Shown: positions 9,972 to 18,252 of the stretch, piece after piece | How the letters are laid out: every line of letters begins with the position of its first letter | Numbering within the stretch: the first letter of the stretch is position 1 | Program-made: the position numbers and the translations under genes | Assembly (NCBI GenBank): GCA_002774875.1 | Contig: PCYM01000002.1 | Span: forward strand, 14,781-78,780 | From: Candidatus Uhrbacteria bacterium CG10_big_fil_rev_8_21_14_0_10_50_16 | GTDB taxonomy: Bacteria; Patescibacteriota; Patescibacteriia; UBA9934; UBA11717 | DNA length: 64,000 bases | Direction of reading: 5' to 3' | The notes under the pieces: model-generated | Databases searched by the model: none | Seen by the model: the letters and a program-made list of their open reading frames with translations, nothing else | Told to the model about the DNA's origin: nothing

Positions 9972-10162
9972 ATGGTATTGCTCCTCTTACAGGCAAATGC
10001 AATGCCAGAGCGCGGAGAATATACGACATTCCACAGGGTCTGTCAATCCTATTCCGCGTATCCATTGACGAATCCACCCTGATTGCTATATTCGGCGTGG
10101 AGGAGCGTCATTTTAACGCACCAATAGTCATCTATACCGGTACGCCGGTAAAGGGAGGTAAC

Positions 10163-11686
10163 GTGACCAACCTGGGCGATACGTTTGGACCGTTTCAGCT
10201 CCAACGCCTCCTGGGCGAAGGAGGCATGGCCAAGGTCTATCTCGCGATTCAGCGCGGGGCACAAGGGTTTGAGAAGTCTGTTGCGCTCAAAGTGATCGAC
10301 CAGCGCGTCACGGAAGACGACCGTTTTGTGAAGGCCCTCATCAACGAGGCGCGGCTAGGTGGTCAGCTCAAGCACCCCAACGTGGTGGAGATCTACGGGT
10401 TCGATCGCGTAGAAGGTCAGTACTACCTGGCCATGGAGCTGGTAGATGGATGGACGCTGGATCAGCTCCTCAAGCCAAACGGCAAGACGAGCACCCCGCT
10501 CCCCGTAACCATTGCATTGGAACTTCTGGTAGAGGTCTGTAAGGGTCTCGCCTATGTGCACGGTCTTGCGGACAAGCACGACACCCCCATGCACCTGGTG
10601 CACCGCGACATCAAGCCAGCCAACATCATCGTGAGCCGGGCAGGAGAGGTCAAGCTGCTCGACTTTGGTATCGCCAAGTCGGACACCAGTCTCTACAAGA
10701 CCACCAACGCCGATGTCACCAAGGGAACCCCTGTCTACATGTCACCGGAGCAGGTGCGAGGTGAGTCTTTGGACGGACGCAGTGACCTATTTGCACTCGG
10801 AATCATCCTGCACGAACTCCTATCGGGTGAGGTGTTGCTGGCAGTAGGAACTCTTCTCGAGATCCTGAATCGGGTTCTCCAGTGCGAGCAACCCATTGTG
10901 CAGAATCGATTCAACGTGCACTCTCCCGCCATCCAGACGATCCTGAGGAAGTGTGTTCGTGCCAACGTCGGCGATCGATTCGCAAGCGCACAGGACATGC
11001 AAACAGCGCTCAAGCAAGCAAGAGCTGAGTTGGACGGGCCCACGCTGGTGGAATGGATCAAGGGAATGGCACCGCAAGACAGCCATCAACCATCCCCTTC
11101 CCCAACTCCCACTCCGGGACCCACACGTCAACAACAGACGCCCAAGCTTGCAAGTCCGGCTGTACAACTGGCGCCCGTGGCAGCCCCCGAGCCTACCGTG
11201 CATGTCACGGTCCCGGCTCCGGTGCAACCGTCACACAGGGTATGGGTCGGTGGCTTGGCAATCGGCGTTCCTGTGCTGGTAGCGATCGCTCTCATCTGGC
11301 CACGAGAGCCAGTTGAGCTTACTGCATCACCTCAAGCGTCGCACGTCGCCTCGTCGACTTTGCCAGGTTTAGGGGTTCTTCCCAACTTGGCGGTAGAACC
11401 AGGCCCGGCGTCCACGTCCCCGCGAGCCACTCGGCAACAACCGAGCCCCGCGCCCGTGGAAACAGGTACAGGAACACTGGTTCTCAACAGCCGACCATGG
11501 TCGCGTGTAGATGTCGATGGACAGTCCGTTGGCGTGACTCCTGTTCACGGATTCATGGTCTCCGCGGGTAAACACACGCTCGTGTTTCACTGCGGCGCCT
11601 GTTTGGATCAACAGGTCCAGACGCAGACCGTCACGGTAACCGTGGCCAATGGCGAGACCGTATCGCTCACTTCCGTTCGATTCTAA
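10163..11686 (+). CDS. Hanks-type Ser/Thr protein kinase with Pro-rich linker, TM segment and C-terminal PEGA-like domain (high-GC)
   Basis: LGEGGMAKVY..ALKV, HRDIKPANI, DFGIAK, GTPVYMSPEQ kinase motifs; C-terminal LVLNSRPWSRVDVDG...VTP..G (PEGA-like); start set at GTG 10163 six nt after the perfect SD AGGGAGGT, where the GC jump also begins. Confidence 0.8.
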   Translation: MTNLGDTFGPFQLQRLLGEGGMAKVYLAIQRGAQGFEKSVALKVIDQRVTEDDRFVKALINEARLGGQLKHPNVVEIYGFDRVEGQYYLAMELVDGWTLDQLLKPNGKTSTPLPVTIALELLVEVCKGLAYVHGLADKHDTPMHLVHRDIKPANIIVSRAGEVKLLDFGIAKSDTSLYKTTNADVTKGTPVYMSPEQVRGESLDGRSDLFALGIILHELLSGEVLLAVGTLLEILNRVLQCEQPIVQNRFNVHSPAIQTILRKCVRANVGDRFASAQDMQTALKQARAELDGPTLVEWIKGMAPQDSHQPSPSPTPTPGPTRQQQTPKLASPAVQLAPVAAPEPTVHVTVPAPVQPSHRVWVGGLAIGVPVLVAIALIWPREPVELTASPQASHVASSTLPGLGVLPNLAVEPGPASTSPRATRQQPSPAPVETGTGTLVLNSRPWSRVDVDGQSVGVTPVHGFMVSAGKHTLVFHCGACLDQQVQTQTVTVTVANGETVSLTSVRF

Positions 11687-11687
11687 T

Positions 11688-11750
11688 ACGCATCCGCGTC
11701 CATGTAACCTTCCGTTACTGGCCTCGCAGATGCGTCAATTTTTTAAAAAA
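11688..11750. terminator. Bidirectional terminator between convergent kinase and GGDEF genes
   Basis: acgcatc...gatgcgt stem followed by AATTTTTTAAAAAAAG. Confidence 0.45.
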
Positions 11751-11794
11751 AGTGAGATCGACGCACCCCGTTCTTGGGTACGCCGATCCGTTGT

Positions 11795-12424
11795 TCACTG
11801 TTGGCTCTTCTTGATTCGCTTGTTCGCGCTCATCGCCGCCGCCACCGGCTGGTAGAGCGAGGCTATGGGATTTTTGAGATCCTCTCGGGAGATGATCGTG
11901 CCAATCCCCCTGTGGATACCCAAACCCCAAAACGGCGTATTGAGCGCGACGAATTCCTTCTCACCCAGCACAAACTCCAGACGCTGCGCAACCCTCCGTG
12001 TCACTTCAAAATCCGCACCTGGTAATAAGACCACGAACTCATCTCCACCCACGCGCGCCGCCGCATCCAATGGGCGCAGAACGGACAAAGAGTCCGTGTC
12101 GCCCGTGTAGACGGCGCCCAGAACCTTCCCCACGTGCCGCAACACATGGTCTCCCGTGGGCTGACCGTACGTGTCATTGATCTGCTTGAACCCTTGGAGG
12201 TCTAAAAAGATCACGCTCAAAGGTTTTCGCTCTCGCATGCACGTCGCCGCCATACGCAACAAGGTCTCTTCCATTCCACGGAGGTTCATTAACCCCGTGA
12301 GGTAGTCGGTTCGCGACATCCGTCGCTCATCCAAGAGCTGAGTCTGCAGTTCCCGAACGCGCGCATGAAGCGCCGCAACCGCTTCCGGCGAACAGTCGTC
12401 CGGCGGTGGTAAAGATGATTTCAT
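11795..12424 (-). CDS. Diguanylate cyclase (GGDEF domain)
   Basis: RVGGDEF active-site motif and GLMNLRG region; AAGGAGG SD upstream of Met at 12424. Confidence 0.75.
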   Translation of the reverse strand: MKSSLPPPDDCSPEAVAALHARVRELQTQLLDERRMSRTDYLTGLMNLRGMEETLLRMAATCMRERKPLSVIFLDLQGFKQINDTYGQPTGDHVLRHVGKVLGAVYTGDTDSLSVLRPLDAAARVGGDEFVVLLPGADFEVTRRVAQRLEFVLGEKEFVALNTPFWGLGIHRGIGTIISREDLKNPIASLYQPVAAAMSANKRIKKSQQ

Positions 12425-12541
12425 GGCTCCTCCTTGGGCACTACATGCCAGCAAGCGTTCCGGAGAATCCGGTGCTCATCCACCATACAAACAAAAAAAC
12501 AGGTATATGTCAACACCTGCCATCTACTCATGATGAAGGTT

Positions 12542-12853
12542 TTAAAAATCCATCATCGTGTCAAGACTCGGCGCCTCCCCCGAATATAACCGCACGAGTT
12601 CTGGCACGTCCTCTACACGCACGTCTCCCAACCACACATTGTCTGGCATCACGACCACGGTGACGCCCGTGCTACATTGCCCCAAGCACCCGGTGCGACT
12701 TACACGAATATCAAACGCCGCCTCTGCAAATCCTAATTTAAGTGCGTCATACACCTCCTCTGCCCCTCGTTGCATGCAACACGCACGGCCGTCAGGTCTG
12801 TCATTGAGGCAGACAAGAATTAATTTTCTGTACACGCGTTCTGGGGTTTTCAT
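12542..12853 (-). CDS. (2Fe-2S) ferredoxin-like protein, thioredoxin-fold ferredoxin/NuoE-like family
   Basis: Four Cys in C...C...C..C-like spacing (LVCLNDRPDGRACCMQRG... GCLGQCSTG), 103 aa. Confidence 0.55.
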   Translation of the reverse strand: MKTPERVYRKLILVCLNDRPDGRACCMQRGAEEVYDALKLGFAEAAFDIRVSRTGCLGQCSTGVTVVVMPDNVWLGDVRVEDVPELVRLYSGEAPSLDTMMDF

Positions 12854-12955
12854 ACTTTGTTGTGAGTTCTAAGTTCTGTTGATTCTATCAGCTAAAAAAC
12901 GTGACCGCGGGACTCAAGGTGAGAATCCCGCGGCCTTCCACGTTGTTGTTGGCCC

Positions 12956-13165
12956 TCAGCGCATGCAGTCCGCCCGCGCTTGCACGTCCCTCGTCACTCC
13001 AACAGCCGCACGCCAAGCATGCGGATCCGCCCCGAGAAGCCCGTCGATCTCATCGCCGTTCGAGACTCTGGGACCTCGTCCCATCGTCACACCAGCGCGA
13101 TTCGGCGACGCCTCGCTATTCTGACCGTCTCCCTGCTGTCCCTCGCCCTGTCCCTGCGACTGCAT
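12956..13165 (-). CDS. Small high-GC hypothetical protein (69 aa, Gln/Gly-rich N-terminus) in a promoter-to-terminator cassette
   Basis: Minus-strand TTGACA-N17-TAGTAT promoter at ~13215-13245, GGAG SD, ORF, then terminator hairpin ggccgcggga...tcccgcggtc + T6 at 12893-12930. Confidence 0.35.
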   Translation of the reverse strand: MQSQGQGEGQQGDGQNSEASPNRAGVTMGRGPRVSNGDEIDGLLGADPHAWRAAVGVTRDVQARADCMR

Positions 13166-13279
13166 GACTCATCTCCGTGCTCTCATTTCGAGCTCGCAGA
13201 TACTATTCTCATTTTCTCCTTCTGTCAATCATCCACAGAGAAGTTAGAATCCCCGCCATAATTCCTATATACTGTACCT

Positions 13280-13654
13280 ATGGATTTACACATTGGCACA
13301 AAAGAGCAGGATTGGGCAGACGTTGTAGAAGGTCAGCTTTCTGTTGATATTTTTGAGACAGAGGATCAAATCATTATCCAATCCGCCATTGCCGGTGTTT
13401 CTGCAAGTGATTTGGACCTCTTTGTAAATGCGGACATGGTCACCATCCGAGGAACCCGCCAACGCGACGCACGCACAAACACGGCCACTATGCATTACGA
13501 AGAGTGTTTTTGGGGAGCCTTTTCCCGCACCGTTGTCCTCCCTTCTCACATCAAGCCAGGAGACGCACAGGCAGAACTCAAAGACGGAATCCTAACGATC
13601 ACCTTACCCAAGGAGCACAAAGGAGGAGCATCTATACCTGTAACCGAACGTTAA
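13280..13654 (+). CDS. Hsp20/alpha-crystallin family small heat-shock protein
   Basis: Alpha-crystallin domain signature ...AELKDGILTITLPK... 124 aa. Confidence 0.8.
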   Translation: MDLHIGTKEQDWADVVEGQLSVDIFETEDQIIIQSAIAGVSASDLDLFVNADMVTIRGTRQRDARTNTATMHYEECFWGAFSRTVVLPSHIKPGDAQAELKDGILTITLPKEHKGGASIPVTER

Positions 13655-13655
13655 T

Positions 13656-13898
13656 ATGTTGTCGCACGCACGCCCCGCCATTGTTACCAATCTCACCGAT
13701 TCAACCATGGAGCTCACCCTAGACGATGTCTCCCTTACCTGGCCAAAATCCGAATTTCAAGAGATTTCCCTCGGTGACACCCTTTACCTCGTTCCCTTTA
13801 CAAAAGCCGGCTTAGAAGAAGAACGCAATGAGATTGCCAAGTCTCTCCTCAACACCGTTCTCAACCCAACACATGAAGATCAACCTCAAGGAGAATAA
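13656..13898 (+). CDS. Small hypothetical protein (80 aa)
   Basis: ORF track only; directly follows hsp20; overlaps the next gene by 26 nt. Confidence 0.3.
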   Translation: MLSHARPAIVTNLTDSTMELTLDDVSLTWPKSEFQEISLGDTLYLVPFTKAGLEEERNEIAKSLLNTVLNPTHEDQPQGE

Positions 13899-15828
13899 GA
13901 CACAACGCCTCGCTGCTATCAGTGTTCTTGGTAGTCTGTTGATTGTTTCGGTTATTGTTATTGCCGGCGTGAGTTATGCCTACGCGTATAACGATCGTTT
14001 TTTTCCAGGAAGTATTGTTGCAACCGTACCGCTCGGTGGTCTCTCCTATGAGTCAGGGCTCACAGCCGTCAATACACGCGTCGACGCGCTCATTCAGGAA
14101 GGAGCATCCATCACCATCAACGGAGAAACGCGCACCATTCCTTTGCAGATTCTTTCTCCTTCCGACCCAGATCTTACGCAGGATCTCGTAACCTTAGATG
14201 TCGCCCTATCTGTTCAAGACGCCTTCAACAAGGGACGCACACGGAATTTATTTGTGCGTGCCTGGGACATGGCGTTTTTGGGGCTCGTTCGTCCCTCTAT
14301 GCCAATCCATGTGGAGACAAATCGCGAGGCCATTGAATCAAATCTGTTAAAAACGTTTGAGGATTATTACAACCCCGCACAGGAACCTACCTTTACAATT
14401 ACCCATGTCGATGACGTGTGGGATGTGCAGGTTGTAGAGGGTCATTCTGGTCGCGCTTTCAATGTGGACGACGCGATTCATGCGTTTACTTCCATGATGA
14501 CGCAGCTCAATAATTCAGAGGTACGCATTGCTCTCGTCGATGAGGACCCCCAGATTACTACCGAACAAGCGAGTGCGCGTGTGGATCAGGTTATGGCCGT
14601 TTTGGAGGCCGCGCCATTTGATTTTATCTACGAACCAAGTCGATTCGAGTCGTTTTCTTATAGCCTCGAGGCTGTCGACCTTGCGGATACACTCCAACTT
14701 GAACGCACAGCAGATGATCGCATAGCGCTCTCGGTTCCTGACTCGCTACCACTGTTTGAAACCATGACGCAGGACATCAACATCGATGCGCGCAACGCAC
14801 GATTCGTGATGGAAAATGATCGTGTGCAGGAGTTTACGCCAAGCATCGAAGGACGCGCCGTAAATACGGATGCCGTTCGACTTGCACTTATAGACCGACT
14901 AAGTACATTTACGCCAATTAGTTCTGTCGTTCCTTCCAACGAACCAATCGCTATTTCTGTAGAACGCACAGAAGCCGACATTACCACCAATGAAGTGAAC
15001 GATCTCGGCATTAGTGAGATTATAGGCGTGGGTGTTTCCGATTTTCACAACAGTCCCGCCAATCGTATTGCCAATATTAAGCACGGCATGAGTAAATTAA
15101 ATGGAATGCTCATTGCACCTGGTGAGGAGACTTCGCTCCTGGAGCACTTGCGACCATTCACGATTGCAGACGGTTACTTGCCTGAGCTCGTCATTAAAGG
15201 TGATGAGATTATTCCAGAGGTTGCCGGAGGGTTGTGTCAGATTGGGTCTACCGCTTTCCGCGCTGTCATGAATTCCGGGCTTACCATTACCTCGCGTCGC
15301 AACCATTCGCTTGTCGTCAGCTATTACAACGACCTCACCAACGGCAACCCAGGAACAGACGCGACGCTCTACGACCCCGCTCCTGACTTTAAATTCATTA
15401 ACGACACAGGTCATTACATCCTCCTTAATACCGAAATGGACATGGCCACAAGCAAACTCTACTTTACATTCTGGGGAACCAACGACGGACGTAAGGGTTA
15501 CTACTCGCCTCCTGTTGTTCTCAACTGGAGTTCGGCAGGACCCGCTGTCACCACCTATACCACAAGCTTGGCACCTGGCGTTAAACGTTGTCAGTCGGCA
15601 CATCCCGGCGCCAACACCACGTTCAACTATTTTGTGGAGCGACCAGATGGAACCGTGGAGAAAACCGTGTATGAGAGTCATTACCGTGCCCTACCCGCAT
15701 CATGTCTTGTAGGTGTGGCGGCAGATAGGCTTGATCCAGACGGTAATCTGATTCCAGAGTCTGTCGAGCCTGCACCTGAGACTCCGATTATCGACGCTCC
15801 GGTAGAAGAACCGATCGCCGTAGAATAA
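13873..15828 (+). CDS. VanW-family protein with N-terminal transmembrane anchor
   Basis: VanW core ...EVAGGLCQIGSTAFRAVMNSGLTITSRRNHS...GTDATLY; start moved to MKINLKENK before the TM helix. Confidence 0.7.
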   Translation: MKINLKENKTQRLAAISVLGSLLIVSVIVIAGVSYAYAYNDRFFPGSIVATVPLGGLSYESGLTAVNTRVDALIQEGASITINGETRTIPLQILSPSDPDLTQDLVTLDVALSVQDAFNKGRTRNLFVRAWDMAFLGLVRPSMPIHVETNREAIESNLLKTFEDYYNPAQEPTFTITHVDDVWDVQVVEGHSGRAFNVDDAIHAFTSMMTQLNNSEVRIALVDEDPQITTEQASARVDQVMAVLEAAPFDFIYEPSRFESFSYSLEAVDLADTLQLERTADDRIALSVPDSLPLFETMTQDINIDARNARFVMENDRVQEFTPSIEGRAVNTDAVRLALIDRLSTFTPISSVVPSNEPIAISVERTEADITTNEVNDLGISEIIGVGVSDFHNSPANRIANIKHGMSKLNGMLIAPGEETSLLEHLRPFTIADGYLPELVIKGDEIIPEVAGGLCQIGSTAFRAVMNSGLTITSRRNHSLVVSYYNDLTNGNPGTDATLYDPAPDFKFINDTGHYILLNTEMDMATSKLYFTFWGTNDGRKGYYSPPVVLNWSSAGPAVTTYTTSLAPGVKRCQSAHPGANTTFNYFVERPDGTVEKTVYESHYRALPASCLVGVAADRLDPDGNLIPESVEPAPETPIIDAPVEEPIAVE

Positions 15829-15835
15829 AAAATAA

Positions 15836-15868
15836 AAACGCGCATCTCTTGGTGCGTGTTTTTTTTGT
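15836..15868 (+). terminator. Rho-independent terminator after vanW-like gene
   Basis: acgcgca-tctcttgg-tgcgtgt stem + T8. Confidence 0.55.
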
Positions 15869-16149
15869 CTCAACGTTGTATCAAACGTGTAAAAAATTTC
15901 CACCCGTCGCCAGCGTACAAGAAGCTTACAATACAAGGAAGAGTCGAGCCGGAGCCTGAGTCATCCTGCGAGTAAACTCCATGCTTGTCGTGCACGCTGG
16001 CGACGAGAGGAAAATCACAGGTCGCCGCTAGCGACTGGGAAAGGTATCACGCGAAGGCCATCCTGTCAAGTCAGCGAGGCTCCTCGAATCATTGCAGGAA
16101 GCATTTTAACACACCTGTGGATAATTTATAAGGAAATACATACATTTTG

Positions 16150-16200
16150 CTCGTAATCCAAACAAAAACACCCCACCGGATCTCCGGCAGGGCGTTTGCT
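16150..16200 (-). terminator. Rho-independent terminator after clpP
   Basis: Minus-strand ccctgccgg-agat-ccggtgggg hairpin followed by TGTTTTTG. Confidence 0.5.
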
Positions 16201-16779
16201 TTATTTGATAATCTTGTCAATGAGACCGTACTTCTTTGCCTCCTCCGAGGTCATAAAGTTGTCACGTTCTGTGTCATCTGTAACCTTCTTGAGTGGTTGA
16301 CCGGTGTTTTTTGCCAAGATTTTATTGAGATCATCCTTCATCTTAAGAATCCGCTCCGCATGAATCTTGATGTCCGTCGCCTGCCCTTGTGTTCCACCGA
16401 GCACCTGATGAATCATAATTTCTGAGCTTGGCAGACAAAATCGCTTTCCCGGCTCCCCCGACGAGAGCAAAAACGCCCCCATACTCGCCGCCATTCCCAC
16501 GCAAATCGTAGAAACATCCGGTTTAATGTAATTCATCGTGTCATAAATAGCCAGACCCGCTGTGACACTTCCACCCGGCGAGTTAATGTAGAGTTGAATA
16601 TCCTTTGCCTTATCTTCGCTGGCTAAAAAGAGTAACTGCGCAATAATCGTATTAGCCACCGCGTCATCAATCGGACCGCCCAAGAAAATAATGCGATCTT
16701 TTAACAAGCGTGAGTAAATATCATACGCCCGCTCTCCATTGGCGGTTTTCTCTATCACGGTTGGGATCAAATAACTCAT
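16201..16779 (-). CDS. clpP: ATP-dependent Clp protease proteolytic subunit ClpP
   Basis: ClpP catalytic-region motifs ([14 protein letters not shown]) over 192 aa. Confidence 0.9.
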   Translation of the reverse strand: MSYLIPTVIEKTANGERAYDIYSRLLKDRIIFLGGPIDDAVANTIIAQLLFLASEDKAKDIQLYINSPGGSVTAGLAIYDTMNYIKPDVSTICVGMAASMGAFLLSSGEPGKRFCLPSSEIMIHQVLGGTQGQATDIKIHAERILKMKDDLNKILAKNTGQPLKKVTDDTERDNFMTSEEAKKYGLIDKIIK

Positions 16780-16861
16780 ATGAATATAGATGTTGAACAG
16801 TAAAAGGTCGTGTGCAGATTATAGCAGATCTTCACGTAACGCGTGAACGATTTTAACAAAA

Positions 16862-17821
16862 TTAAACCACACAAACACAGTCGTCAACAATCTTGATCAC
16901 ACCCTTTACACTGAATCCGCACGCACCGGGGTGACCCCCTCCGCCCGTAAACTGCTTCGCAATGCGCGAAACATCATTATTGATAGATCGCATACTCACT
17001 TTTACCATCCCATCTGAGAGTTCCTTCAGGAAAAAAATCACCTTTACATGGAGCGTTGCCTGCAGGTAATCATGGAGTTCTCCAATGATTTCCGATCCGG
17101 TGCCGGTAAGATCGTAATCTTCTTGTTTGACCCAAAGTATCGCTGTATCAAATTCCCTATGATACACAAGTCGGCTTAACAAAATGCCCCAAAGCTGTAA
17201 TTGCTCAACGCCCATCTGACGCACAATGTTGTCGATCACTGTCTTAATGTTTCCTCCCTGTATGAGCAAAGCGCTCGCACGATCAATCGCATCGGAATTT
17301 GTTACGGGGTTGGAGAACATCCCCGTATCTGTGAGGATACCCGTCATTAAACATTTTGCCATGTCACGCGATAACGGTATGTTGTGGTGACGCAAATATT
17401 CGAAAACTACTTCACATGTAGACGAGACGTCCGAATGTACCACATTCACCTCACCAAACAGGGAGTTACTTGCATGATGGTCAAACAAAATGAGAGAGAC
17501 AGACCGATGGAGCAGCGAAAGGATATCCTTCACATACGATTCGCGTGAGGAGTCGAAAACAATTACAAGATCAATCGTTGGATTCTGGATCACAGATCGG
17601 TCTTCTGTAGCTTGTTCTATTCCTGGCAAAAATCGTAAAGAGATTGGAATCGCAGACCCTGCCACGTGCGTTACGCGCTTGTTTTGCCCCCGTAAATACT
17701 CCGCGAATGCCAAGCTGGACCCAAACGTATCACCGTCAGAGCGCTCGTCAGTCAACAATAAAACATGATCGGCTGGGTCGATCAATCGCTTGGCTCGCTC
17801 AAATGTCTCAATCATGGTCAT
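16862..17821 (-). CDS. DHH-family phosphoesterase, NrnA-like (oligoribonuclease/pAp phosphatase)
   Basis: DHH motif (LFDHHASN), DHHA1 GGGGH..A.G near the C-terminus. Confidence 0.7.
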   Translation of the reverse strand: MTMIETFERAKRLIDPADHVLLLTDERSDGDTFGSSLAFAEYLRGQNKRVTHVAGSAIPISLRFLPGIEQATEDRSVIQNPTIDLVIVFDSSRESYVKDILSLLHRSVSLILFDHHASNSLFGEVNVVHSDVSSTCEVVFEYLRHHNIPLSRDMAKCLMTGILTDTGMFSNPVTNSDAIDRASALLIQGGNIKTVIDNIVRQMGVEQLQLWGILLSRLVYHREFDTAILWVKQEDYDLTGTGSEIIGELHDYLQATLHVKVIFFLKELSDGMVKVSMRSINNDVSRIAKQFTGGGGHPGACGFSVKGVIKIVDDCVCVV

Positions 17822-18252
17822 AAGCCGTGCAGCATACGTTGATTTGAGGTGTCCGTCAAGGGTCGCTCGGGTTATGCTTAAAAAAGTGACTCGGAAGTAG
17901 AGACACGTCTTCGTGCCTTCGCACTCAGAAGACAGCTAGCCAGGAGTAAGCCTTGTACGTCTCTATCCGATTGTCCCTTTTTGTAAACACAACCCTTCGC
18001 TCCTACATTACCTGATGATACATTCTTATTTGGTTGCGGAGCCCCCCGATCACAAAACCCTCGTCACAACGTTTGCCAGAATCCTTCGCGTTCAGAGAAC
18101 AAATCTTTGCAATCTACCATCTACGATCGTGAGCCTAGCACCTTGAATACGTTTTCTCGTTTAGGGTTTATAAAGCTCGTCCCATGGGTCATTCTATGGA
18201 ATCGTATCCCACCCCTTTCTCACGACCGCCCACAATCTGCTATAATCTGGCC

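Noticed and set aside
10097-10162. ATG 10097 as kinase start (track ORF)
   Set aside because: First 66 nt are AT-rich host-like DNA. A perfect SD precedes GTG 10163, which gives a canonical kinase N-terminus; the compositional boundary is also here
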